Shown piece after piece: positions 17,530 through 26,312 of a stretch of 64,000 nt of DNA (positions within the stretch are counted from its first letter, which is position 1; every line of letters starts with the position of its first letter). Source of the DNA: Clostridia bacterium (lineage in GTDB: Bacteria; Bacillota; Clostridia; Oscillospirales; CAG-272); the NCBI GenBank assembly GCA_900768535.1, contig CAAGDE010000001.1, positions 1,498 to 65,497 on the forward strand, given 5' to 3'. The translations under genes and the position numbers were made by a program. The notes beneath the pieces are model-generated. The model saw nothing but the letters and a program-made list of their open reading frames with translations. It searched no databases and was not told where the DNA came from.

Positions 17530-19185
17530 ATGAAAAAACAGTATGTGATCGGTCTGGACTACGGCACGCTTTCCGGCAGATGCGTGTTGGCGGATGCGGA
17601 GAACGGGGAAGAAGCTGCCGAGTCGGTTCTGAACTACGCGCACGGCGTGATGGACGAAGCGCTACCGGACGGGCAGAAGCTCCCGCCGCAATGGGCACTG
17701 CAGCATCCGCAGGATTATCTGGACGTTTTGAAATTTACGGTTCGGGACGTGCTGAGAAAAGCGAATGTCACGCCGGAGCAGGTCAGGGGAATCGGGATGG
17801 ATTTCACCGCCTGTACGCTCCTGCCCGTGGACGCGGACGGAACCCCGCTCTGCTGTAAGCCTGAGTGGGAACACGAAAAGCACGCCTATGTCAAGCTGTG
17901 GAAGCATCACGCGGCACAGGGACAGGCAGACCGCATCAATGCATTGGCACACAACCGCGGAGAAGAATGGATTGAAGCCTATGGCGGCAAGCTGTCATCG
18001 GAATTTGCCCTGCCGAAGATTCTGCAAACGCTGGAGGAAGCACCCGAGGTCTATTCTGCGGCTGACCGCTTTACGGAGGCGGGGGACTGGCTGTCGCGTG
18101 TTCTGACCGGGGCGGAGACGCACAGCGCGGTCTTTGCGGGCTACAAGGCAGCCTGGAATGCAGAGAGCGGCTACCCGTCAAACGATTTCTTCTGCGCGCT
18201 GGATCGGCGGTTGGACGGGATTGTCGGGAGCAAGCTGTCGGAAACGGTTCTCGGGGTCGACAGAATCGCGGGACGGTTGGATGCACATGGGGCAGAGCTG
18301 ACCGGACTGCCCGAGGGAACCCCGCTGGCGCTCCCGATGATCGATGCGCACGCCGCCATGCCTGCGCTTGGCGTGACCGGAGAACACGAACTGATGCTGA
18401 TTGTCGGAACATCTGCGTGTCATATTGTCAATGCGCGGGAAAAGCGGACGGTCGGCGGCATCTGCGGCTATGTGAAGGACGGCGTGATTCCGGGCTTCTA
18501 TACCTATGAGGCGGGACAGGCGGGCGTGGGAGATATTTTCGATTGGTTCGTCAGAAACGGTGTCCCCGCCGCCTATACCGAGGAAGCGGACAGACGGGGA
18601 ATCAGTCTCCATAAGCTCCTGCGCGAGAGAGCCGAACGGCAGAAGCCGGGGGCGCACGGACTGCTCGCGCTGGACTGGTGGAACGGCAACCGGAGCGTGC
18701 TGGTGAATGCCGGACTGTCCGGAATGCTCCTTGGCATGACGCTTTCAACCAAGCCGGAGGATATTTACCGCGCACTGATCGAAGCTACGGCATACGGACT
18801 GCGGGTCATTGCGGAGCAGTACGAGGCGAGCGGCATCACGATCGACCGCATCACGGCGGCGGGAGGCATCGCACAGAAGGACTCCCTGATGATGCAGATC
18901 TACGCCGATGTGCTCGGCAGACCCATCCGCATCGGCGGCAGTACACAGGCGGGCGCTTTGGGCAGTGCGATGTACGGCGCGGTTGCGGGAGGGCTTTATC
19001 CCGACATTCACGCCGCCGCGGAGAAGATGGCACGTCCGGCGGTCAAAACCTATGTGCCGGACGCGGAAAACCATGCCATCTATTCCGGACTGTATGCGGA
19101 GTATAAAACGCTGCATGACTACTTCGGCAGGGAAAACCCGGTGATGGAGCGGCTGAAGGCGATGCAGAATCAGCCGCAGGCATAA
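17530..19185 (+). CDS. araB: FGGY-family kinase, ribulokinase (AraB)-like
   Basis: 551 aa. IGLDYGTLSGR, WALQHPQDYL, YVKLWKHHAAQ, LALDWWNGNRS, GMLLGMTLSTKPEDIYRALIEATAYG and AAGGIAQK align with Bacillus-type AraB. Confidence 0.85.
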   Translation: MKKQYVIGLDYGTLSGRCVLADAENGEEAAESVLNYAHGVMDEALPDGQKLPPQWALQHPQDYLDVLKFTVRDVLRKANVTPEQVRGIGMDFTACTLLPVDADGTPLCCKPEWEHEKHAYVKLWKHHAAQGQADRINALAHNRGEEWIEAYGGKLSSEFALPKILQTLEEAPEVYSAADRFTEAGDWLSRVLTGAETHSAVFAGYKAAWNAESGYPSNDFFCALDRRLDGIVGSKLSETVLGVDRIAGRLDAHGAELTGLPEGTPLALPMIDAHAAMPALGVTGEHELMLIVGTSACHIVNAREKRTVGGICGYVKDGVIPGFYTYEAGQAGVGDIFDWFVRNGVPAAYTEEADRRGISLHKLLRERAERQKPGAHGLLALDWWNGNRSVLVNAGLSGMLLGMTLSTKPEDIYRALIEATAYGLRVIAEQYEASGITIDRITAAGGIAQKDSLMMQIYADVLGRPIRIGGSTQAGALGSAMYGAVAGGLYPDIHAAAEKMARPAVKTYVPDAENHAIYSGLYAEYKTLHDYFGRENPVMERLKAMQNQPQA

Positions 19186-19222
19186 ATAAAATACTTCAGT
19201 CAACAAATATGGCTGTGAATTA

Positions 19223-19629
19223 ATGACGCTTTATGTGGGCGGCAAGAGCATCGGCTCTCTTGATATTTCTTCCTTGAATTTCACTTCGCTGTACGGCTTC
19301 CGCTTCCTGAATCGCCTGACCGGGGATTGCTCCTTCAAGGATCTGAAGGTACGGACGGACCGTTTCTGTATCGGCTGGAGAACGGTCTTATCCGGATGAT
19401 CTGGTCAAGCTTTGCCAGCGGCCGTTATCAGGTGTTGGAGGCGGAAGCGGAACATCTGCACGGAAGCTGGAGACACCTGCCGCCGCGGTTTGCTTTTGAC
19501 GGCGGGCACGCAATGATTTTTACGGATTTCGGCGGAAAGCGATATCTTTCCCTGCATCGCCCGAACACCCCGCCCGATGAACGGGCAGTCTTTATTCCGT
19601 TTGATTCCGATCAAGCCGGAGAAATATGA
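19223..19629 (+). pseudogene. Gene remnant: short LamG-like end fragment, then (other frame) the last about 95 aa of a GH43-type glycosidase
   Basis: 19327..19629 encodes GPFLYRLENGLIRMIWSS...DGGHAMIFTDFGGKRYLSLHRPN, a GH43 C-terminal blade pattern, with no N-terminal catalytic part. Frame changes near 19330. Confidence 0.5.
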
Positions 19630-19644
19630 GCGCTTTGTGATGCA

Positions 19645-19684
19645 ACACCGGCGCCTGCTACGCTTCTGTAGCAGGCGCCGGTGT
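19645..19684. repeat. Conserved palindromic element, copy 2 (ACACCGGCGCCTGCTAC-6 nt-GTAGCAGGCGCCGGTGT)
   Basis: Perfect 17-bp stem. The arm is related to copies at 13160 and 27659. Confidence 0.8.
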
Positions 19685-19773
19685 GTTGTCGATTGTATTC
19701 CGCCGCCGGGTGTATTGTTGGCGGAATATTCACAATTTTTCGAAGAATGCGGTGACTGATTTATGATTTTCTA

Positions 19774-19802
19774 TTGACAGAATCAACGGAATGTGATATA
19801 AT
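19774..19802 (+). promoter_or_regulatory. Consensus sigma-A promoter with extended -10 for the S8/cohesin operon
   Basis: TTGACA at 19774..19779, 17-nt spacer ending TGA, TATAAT at 19797..19802. Confidence 0.7.
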
Positions 19803-19839
19803 AGCGGTAGAGTCAACAAACGATAGGAGGAAAACGGAA

Positions 19840-22800
19840 ATGTTGAAGCAAACAAAGTGGTTGGCGGTACTGCTGGCGGCAGTGCTTATGCTCGGCTCCT
19901 GTGCGCAGGTCGGCGGGGCTGTGCTTGCGGCGCGCGTGGGGATGCCTGCGGGTGCCGGAGAGGTCGCCGCACAGCCGGAGACGGCGCCCGGTCTGTCCGC
20001 GTCTGCGGCGGATGAGCCTGCCGGAGAATACCGCGAGGGGACGGTTCTGGTCAAGTATGACGGTGAGATGACCGATCATATTCTCGACCAGCTGGGGCTT
20101 GTCTCGGCGGAGCGGCTCTGGAGCGGCTCGGAGTGGTACACCGTGACGGTCGGCGAGACGCGCAACACGCGGGAGACGGTCGCCTATCTGCGCGAGCTGG
20201 GGTGCTTTGCGCAGGTGGACTATGACTACATCATGAAGGGGGACGGCGAGGTGACGTCGGTGGACGTGTCGTCGAACCCGGAGTATACAAAGCAGGAGGG
20301 CTATCTTGACACGCTGGGGGTCGGCAAGGCGTGGAACTACATCCGCAGTCTCGGCAAGCATCCGGGCGGCAGTGCGGACGTTGTGGTGGCGGTGATTGAC
20401 ACCGGTGTGGACTACAGCCATCCGGATCTGCAGAACAATATCTGGATCAACAGCGGGGAAATTCCCGGCAACGGCATTGACGATGACGGCAACGGCTATG
20501 TGGACGATGTTTACGGCTGGAACTTTGTCGGCGGAAACAACGACCCGATGGACGACAACGGGCACGGCACGCACGTTGCGGGCATTGTTGCCATGGAGAA
20601 CAACGCGGTCGGCGGCGTCGGCGTTGCCTACAACAGCAAGGTGATGGTGCTGAAGGCGGGCAATTCCTCCGGATACTTCAACAACTCGGATATTGCCGAG
20701 GCAATTCAGTATGCCTACATGAACGGCGCATCGGTCATCAATATGTCCTTCGGCGGCTCGATGATTTCCCTGGCAGTGGAGGAAGCCCTGCAAATGGCGT
20801 ACACCTCCTGCGTGCTGGTTGCCGCGGCGGGGAATGCTGGACTGTGCAATCAGCCTGGTTGTCCTGTTCATTTTAATGCACGCGCTTCCTATCCGGCGGC
20901 ATTGCCTTATGTCATTGGTGTTATGAGCTGCGATGCGACCGGAACGGTAGAATCTGGATTTTCGAACTTCGATCACTATCCCTTCAACTCGGTAGAATAC
21001 GAAATCTACGCACCGGGGGAAGGAATCTGCTCGACTTGGCCTGGGAACCGCTACGCAACCCTGAACGGTACCTCCATGGCGGCGCCGACGGTCTCTGGCA
21101 TTGTTGCACTGCTGCGCACGGTGTATGCAGACCGGGAGAAATACTCCACCAAATTCATCCAGTCGCAACTGATCAACACCACGGAGTTCTGTGCGGACGC
21201 GCTCCATGCATTGACCGACAGCCCGAAGCCCTCGGTGAAGCTTTACGATTGCCGGATTGACGACAGCACCGACATCAGCCCGAAGAACAACGGCAACGGC
21301 GTGATGGACGCGGGCGAAACGGTGAGGCTTTATGTTTCCCTCCAAAACCGCGGCGGCGTGGCAAGCAATGTGCAGGTGACGCTGGATACCCTGCGGATGA
21401 GCGGGCAGAGTGACCCTTATTTCACCCTTCTGAAGGATCGGGTAGTTCTCTCGGACATCGGCACCTACTCGGTGCGGGAGGCGGAAGGCGAGCAGTATTT
21501 TGAAATTGAAATTCACGCCGACTGCCCGAATGATTATCTTACCGATTTCAACCTTCACTTTACCTATTCCAACGGCATGATTGCAACCGATGAAACGGTC
21601 TTCAGCGGGGAAGGTACGGCACGTTTCAATGTTTCCAGCGGATATCATCTGCCGGCTGTTATCAACGAAGATACTGTTTTTGAAGCAACCCAGCGGTATA
21701 TTGTGGGAGAGGATGTCGTTATCCCGGAAGGTGTAACGGTTACGTTCAAGGAAGGGTGCGAAATTCAGTTTTACGACGACCGTGAATATTACAATTCGCC
21801 GCAATTTATTGTGTACGGCACCCTGAACCTGTTGGGTACAAAAGAGAAGATGGTGACTGTGAAACCATCAGAAAAGTATGCAGCTTTTGGTTGTCCGATG
21901 ATGGCGAAAAGTGGAGGGATTATCAGGATTGATTATGCTGAGATTGTAAATTATCTGTTTTCCTCTAGCGTGTGTGATTTTTACAAGACAAATATTGATA
22001 TCTCAAATTCAATATTAAGACGTGTGGCTGATGAAGAGGACTATTTTCCCCATAATCGTCTCTTTTCAAAAGGGGCGATAGTGTATGGTTATACTTACAA
22101 TTCTTCTTGGTCATTCACCGCCAATTCCATTACATCTTCTAAAATCGAGTGTGCTGATTACGGGGTTGAATTTCACATAAATGAAGCTTGTAACAACTAT
22201 TTCTTAGTAGCGTCTGATTTATGTGGGTTAAAAATATCAAGAAAATTTGCTGGGAATATTGTGCGGAGTTTTAATAAGACAGACGACTCGAAGTGTTCTT
22301 CTTCAATAGGTGGAACTGTAATTGATAATTATTTCGTCTCATATGATGACAGCGATCCAAATACCCTTTTACAACTTAATATTTCCAACGCTACCACCTT
22401 TGAAAACAACACATTCTCTGCCGGCTATCAAAAATATGCATCCCAAGTTATCGAAAACTATATCGGCTCCGACGGCAAGCCGAAGTACGACCTGACCGGC
22501 TCCTGCAGTGACATTTCCGCACTCTATCCGCACATTACGGACGTTGCCATTTTCAACAAGGGCAAGGAGCAGGTGACCACCATTGGTAAGGAACCGATTA
22601 CCGTGCGCGTGACCTTCAACCGCGCAATGGATACCACCAAAACCGTGTATGCCACCTTTGGCACGCGCGACCCCTACGGCGACTACCGCATTGACGGCAA
22701 GTTCGTCAGCGACACCGTGTGGGAAGGAACTTATACTCTCAAAGCCTACATTGAAAACGGCTTGCAGAAGCTGATTGTCCACGGCGCCTGCGCGGCGGAG

Positions 22801-23664
22801 GACGCAACAAAGGAGGTTCACGGCGAATATCAGCCCTACGAATTCAACATTGACACCACCACCGCAATGGCGATGAACCTGACTGCTCTGCCGGATGAAA
22901 CCGGTATCCGTCTGACGTGGAATCAGGACGACTACGCAACGCTGATGGGCTACAACCTCTACCGTTGCGACACGAAGAACGGCAACTATGTGCGCATCAA
23001 TCCCTCGGTTCTGCTGGCAAGCGAGGAGAGCTTCCTTGACACCAACGCCGAGCCGGGCAAGACCTACTGGTACACCTTTACCGTGGTGCTCTCCGACTTC
23101 AGCGAAACCGCGCCCGCCGGCAGAGTGTCGGCAACCGCGTTGGATACTCTGGCGCCCTCGCTTTACCACACGCCGGTCAATCAGGGGTACCTGGGCAACA
23201 ACCTGGTCATTTCCTGCACGGCAAGCGACAATGTTTCCGTTTCTGCGGTGACGCTGTTCTTCCGCGCCAAGGGAACGACCGAATGGACGGCGCGCACCAT
23301 GTCCCGCGTCAACGACAAATACAGCGCCACGGTGTTCGGCAGTGAGCTGACCGCCGACGGGCTGGAATACTACATCCTCGCCAGCGACGGCAGAAACAAC
23401 GTTGCAAAGGGGAGCGAGGAAGCCCCGTATCAGGTGGTCGTCAAGGATGCATCCCTCATCTCCCGCCTGGGTGATGTGGACGGGGACGGCGTCATTTCCG
23501 CCAAGGACGCGCTGATGATTCTGCAGCACATCGGCGGCGAGGTTCTGCTGACGGACGACCAGTTCCGCCGCGCCGACCTCAACAGCGACGGGGAACTCTC
23601 CGCCGTGGAAGCGCTCCGCATCCTGCAATTCATCAACGGTAAGGTCACAAGCCTTGCCATGTGA
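19840..23664 (+). CDS. Secreted subtilisin-family (S8) serine peptidase with propeptide, beta-helix-like insert, FN3-like module and C-terminal dockerin
   Basis: Signal peptide with possible lipobox LGSC. Catalytic triad motifs VAVIDTGVDYSHPDL, HGTHVAGIV and GTSMAAPTVSG. The dockerin is at the C-terminus. RBS TAGGAGG. Confidence 0.9.
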   Translation: MLKQTKWLAVLLAAVLMLGSCAQVGGAVLAARVGMPAGAGEVAAQPETAPGLSASAADEPAGEYREGTVLVKYDGEMTDHILDQLGLVSAERLWSGSEWYTVTVGETRNTRETVAYLRELGCFAQVDYDYIMKGDGEVTSVDVSSNPEYTKQEGYLDTLGVGKAWNYIRSLGKHPGGSADVVVAVIDTGVDYSHPDLQNNIWINSGEIPGNGIDDDGNGYVDDVYGWNFVGGNNDPMDDNGHGTHVAGIVAMENNAVGGVGVAYNSKVMVLKAGNSSGYFNNSDIAEAIQYAYMNGASVINMSFGGSMISLAVEEALQMAYTSCVLVAAAGNAGLCNQPGCPVHFNARASYPAALPYVIGVMSCDATGTVESGFSNFDHYPFNSVEYEIYAPGEGICSTWPGNRYATLNGTSMAAPTVSGIVALLRTVYADREKYSTKFIQSQLINTTEFCADALHALTDSPKPSVKLYDCRIDDSTDISPKNNGNGVMDAGETVRLYVSLQNRGGVASNVQVTLDTLRMSGQSDPYFTLLKDRVVLSDIGTYSVREAEGEQYFEIEIHADCPNDYLTDFNLHFTYSNGMIATDETVFSGEGTARFNVSSGYHLPAVINEDTVFEATQRYIVGEDVVIPEGVTVTFKEGCEIQFYDDREYYNSPQFIVYGTLNLLGTKEKMVTVKPSEKYAAFGCPMMAKSGGIIRIDYAEIVNYLFSSSVCDFYKTNIDISNSILRRVADEEDYFPHNRLFSKGAIVYGYTYNSSWSFTANSITSSKIECADYGVEFHINEACNNYFLVASDLCGLKISRKFAGNIVRSFNKTDDSKCSSSIGGTVIDNYFVSYDDSDPNTLLQLNISNATTFENNTFSAGYQKYASQVIENYIGSDGKPKYDLTGSCSDISALYPHITDVAIFNKGKEQVTTIGKEPITVRVTFNRAMDTTKTVYATFGTRDPYGDYRIDGKFVSDTVWEGTYTLKAYIENGLQKLIVHGACAAEDATKEVHGEYQPYEFNIDTTTAMAMNLTALPDETGIRLTWNQDDYATLMGYNLYRCDTKNGNYVRINPSVLLASEESFLDTNAEPGKTYWYTFTVVLSDFSETAPAGRVSATALDTLAPSLYHTPVNQGYLGNNLVISCTASDNVSVSAVTLFFRAKGTTEWTARTMSRVNDKYSATVFGSELTADGLEYYILASDGRNNVAKGSEEAPYQVVVKDASLISRLGDVDGDGVISAKDALMILQHIGGEVLLTDDQFRRADLNSDGELSAVEALRILQFINGKVTSLAM
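23470..23655 (+). other. Dockerin module (two EF-hand-like Ca-binding repeats)
   Basis: GDVDGDGVISAKDALMILQHI ... ADLNSDGELSAVEALRILQFINGK. Confidence 0.8.
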
Positions 23665-23675
23665 GGGACGGACGT

Positions 23676-26039
23676 ATGCAACGCAAACACAACCGGGTGT
23701 TGTCCCGCCTGACTGCCATCGTCTGCGCGCTCTGCCTGTGCCTGCTCTCCCTGCCGGCTTTTGCCGAGGGGGAGAGCGGACGGCGGATCACCGTATCCAC
23801 CGCGCAGACCGTCCGGCAGGGGAGCGGCAGCTACTGTACGGTCTCCGTCGATTCGCTGGGCACGCTCGCCTCGCTGGAGCTGACGGTCCATTTTGACCCC
23901 GCCACCGTGCAGGTGAGCGAGGGAAACCTCTATAACGAAGCCACTGCCTGCAGGCTCTATGACTCCCACGTCACGGACGGCGAAATCCGCCTGACCTACC
24001 TGTTTGACGGAAACGGGGCAGAAGGCGCGCAGAATCTCTTTTCCTTCTTCTATTCCGTCCCGGCAGACGCCCCGGTGGGCATGACCGGCTTTGACGTGAC
24101 GGTCGGCGAGGCGCTGGACGGCTCCCTGAATGCCCTGCCGGTCTCCGGCTCGCGCTGCAGCTTTGCGGTGGAAGCCTATGTGGCGCCGGACGTGACTTAT
24201 CTGTACGATTACGGCGCGGTCACCACGTCCGTCCGGCAGGAATTCACCCTGCGCTACGAGCTGGCGGACGCGAATGTGGTGTCCGGCTCCGCAGTGTTGG
24301 GGTATGACCCGGAATTGTTCGAGCCGGTGACGGTGACGTGCGGCGGTCTGCTGGAAGGCAAGCTGACCGACATCAACCAATCGCTTGCAGGGTCGGTCTA
24401 CCTCTCCTTTGCCGGCACCGCCTGCAACGGGAGCAATGATCTATTGTCCGTCACCTTCCGCACGCGCCGCAACCGCGCGGAGACGGCAGACCTGACGATG
24501 ACGGTCAAAGAGCTGTTCCGGCTGAACGGAGCCGCCGTGACCTGCCCGCCGCTGACCACGCGCGTGACCGTGGCGCATGACCCGGATTACGCTGAGGACG
24601 CGCCCGCCATGCAGCTTCACGCCGCCTATTCCGAGGCTGACCGACAGCTGACCGCGCGGATTGCGCTGGATGCGGAGTCCCACCTCGGCGCGGGCGATTT
24701 TGTCCTGCGGTTTGACCCGGAGCGGCTGGTTTTCCTGCGCGCCGGGCAGAAGCTGAAAGCGGATTTCCTCATTATCAACGATAAAAACGCCGCGGCGGGC
24801 GAGGTGAAATTCTCGGTGTTGTCCACGTCGGATCTTGTGGCGGCGGGGGACGTGCTGGAGGTGGTTTTCTCCGTCCCGCACGCCTGCGAAACGCTTCCCG
24901 CCATCCCGCTGACCCTTGAAGGAAAGAATCTTTCCGATTCGCTGACCAAACCGATTCTCCTGAACTTCATCGGTACCGAGGCAAAGCTCACCGGGCACAC
25001 GCCGGGCGCCCCGGTCACCGACCCGAACGGCGATTATCGCTACACGTCCTGCACCGAATGCGGCGCCGAGACCGCGCGGGAGTGGCTCTGCGAGGAGGCG
25101 CTGGCGTTTGCGGCGCACTTCTGCTCCTTCCACAACAATCTGACGCTCAATTACTATCTGGACGCATCGGTGGCTGCGCAGTACGGCAATCTCCGCCTGG
25201 TGCTGGAGCAGGACGTCTGGAGTCGTGACGGCACCAAAACGGTTGCACACACCGAGCTGACCGGCGTCCCGGTCGAACGGAGCGGAGTGCAGTACCTGAA
25301 ATTCAGCTTTTCCGGCATCGCCGCTGCACAGCTGAGCAGTGACATCCGTGCAAGACTGTATGCCGAAAAGGACGGCGCGGAGTGCCACGGGCGGCTGGAC
25401 ACCTACAATCTGAAGACCTATGCCTACAATCGTTTGGAGGCAAGCGAGGACACGGCATTCCGCACGCTGATGGTGAATCTTCTCAACTATTGCACGGCGG
25501 CACAGGTATATTTCGGCATCCGCACCGATGCACCCGTCAACGCGGAGCTGACCGAGGAGCAACGCGCGCCGGCAAGCGGAACCCCGACCGTTTCGGGCAT
25601 TGCCGGGCTGACCGAACAGGACGGTGCCGCGGCGGAATTCGTCGGGCATTCGGTCCTGTTCAACAGCAACGTTGTGCTGAAATCCTACTTCCGGCTGGAT
25701 GGCGTGGAGGACAAAAGCAACGTCACTCTGCGCGTAAAGGTCGCGGACGCGGACGGAACGACCGTTTACACGCTGCCGTTTGATGCGTTCGGCTATGACC
25801 CGGAAACCGGAAGGTACAACGCCAAGCTGGACACGCTTGCGGCACCGCAGTTCCGGAGCAGACTGGAGCTGACGGTCATGAACGGCGAAACCGCAATCAG
25901 CGGAACCTATACGTACAGCATCGAAACCTATGTGGCAAACCGGCTGTCCGGCTCGACCGACGGAAATTTCCGCGCACTGCTGGTCGCCATGATGCAGTAT
26001 TCCGACGCCGCGCGTGCTTATCTTGGGAAAGGAAACTGA
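23676..26039 (+). CDS. Secreted protein with three cohesin-like modules and two C-terminal repeats of an unknown module (scaffoldin-like)
   Basis: Signal peptide ...LLSLPAFA. Start ATG 23676 lies 7 nt after GAGGGA, which overlaps the protease stop codon. Cohesin-like pattern in each module (ELTVHFDPATVQV, AVLGYDPELFEPV, FVLRFDPERLVFL). Confidence 0.7.
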   Translation: MQRKHNRVLSRLTAIVCALCLCLLSLPAFAEGESGRRITVSTAQTVRQGSGSYCTVSVDSLGTLASLELTVHFDPATVQVSEGNLYNEATACRLYDSHVTDGEIRLTYLFDGNGAEGAQNLFSFFYSVPADAPVGMTGFDVTVGEALDGSLNALPVSGSRCSFAVEAYVAPDVTYLYDYGAVTTSVRQEFTLRYELADANVVSGSAVLGYDPELFEPVTVTCGGLLEGKLTDINQSLAGSVYLSFAGTACNGSNDLLSVTFRTRRNRAETADLTMTVKELFRLNGAAVTCPPLTTRVTVAHDPDYAEDAPAMQLHAAYSEADRQLTARIALDAESHLGAGDFVLRFDPERLVFLRAGQKLKADFLIINDKNAAAGEVKFSVLSTSDLVAAGDVLEVVFSVPHACETLPAIPLTLEGKNLSDSLTKPILLNFIGTEAKLTGHTPGAPVTDPNGDYRYTSCTECGAETAREWLCEEALAFAAHFCSFHNNLTLNYYLDASVAAQYGNLRLVLEQDVWSRDGTKTVAHTELTGVPVERSGVQYLKFSFSGIAAAQLSSDIRARLYAEKDGAECHGRLDTYNLKTYAYNRLEASEDTAFRTLMVNLLNYCTAAQVYFGIRTDAPVNAELTEEQRAPASGTPTVSGIAGLTEQDGAAAEFVGHSVLFNSNVVLKSYFRLDGVEDKSNVTLRVKVADADGTTVYTLPFDAFGYDPETGRYNAKLDTLAAPQFRSRLELTVMNGETAISGTYTYSIETYVANRLSGSTDGNFRALLVAMMQYSDAARAYLGKGN
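23781..24986 (+). other. Three tandem cohesin-like modules (approximately 23781..24173, 24195..24572 and 24609..24986)
   Basis: Each module is about 125-130 aa with x-V-x-V....L-x-V-x-[FY]-D-P-x-x-[VL] followed by G-x-[IV]-x-[LF]-[ST]-[YF]. Assigned by pattern, not by search. Confidence 0.55.
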
Positions 26040-26040
26040 T

Positions 26041-26151
26041 ATGAAACAGATCTATCAAACACCCGCCGCACTGTTGCCGGCAGGGGAAGATCTCATCCGA
26101 ACCAGCGATCCGTATGAAGGAGAACTGGATCCGGCGAACCTGAACAAATGA
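26041..26151 (+). CDS. Mini-ORF, 36 aa (MKQIYQTPAALLPAGEDLIRTSDPYEGELDPANLNK); family copy 2
   Basis: ATG lies 1 nt after the cohesin-like gene's TGA. AAAGGA is 7 nt upstream. A terminator follows directly. Confidence 0.45.
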   Translation: MKQIYQTPAALLPAGEDLIRTSDPYEGELDPANLNK

Positions 26152-26166
26152 CAGGAAATACCCAAA

Positions 26167-26201
26167 GGAGCGGCAGACAGATTTCTGTCGCTCCCGTTTT
26201 T
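26167..26201 (+). terminator. Rho-independent terminator closing the S8/cohesin/mini-ORF operon
   Basis: GGAGCGGCAGA pairs with TCTGTCGCTCC (one mismatch), followed by CGTTTTTG. Confidence 0.65.
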
Positions 26202-26243
26202 GTGTTCGGTTGTTTGAATATTCCGCTACGGAAAAAGAACGGC

Positions 26244-26272
26244 TTGACAAATCCGGAAAAACATGATATAAT
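26244..26272 (+). promoter_or_regulatory. Consensus sigma-A promoter for the MFS gene
   Basis: TTGACA at 26244..26249, 17-nt spacer, TATAAT at 26267..26272. Confidence 0.65.
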
Positions 26273-26312
26273 ATCTCTTGTTTTAACGGACAGATCAACG
26301 CGGGAGTCGGAT

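Noticed and set aside
17028-17858. 276-aa ORF overlapping the fucI/kinase junction.
   Set aside because: It is in an alternative frame to two genes with near-textbook homology. The translation is Arg/Gly/Pro-rich.
23661-23675. GTG start at 23661 for the cohesin-like gene.
   Set aside because: ATG 23676 is better placed, 7 nt after GAGGGA. The choice does not affect the interpretation.
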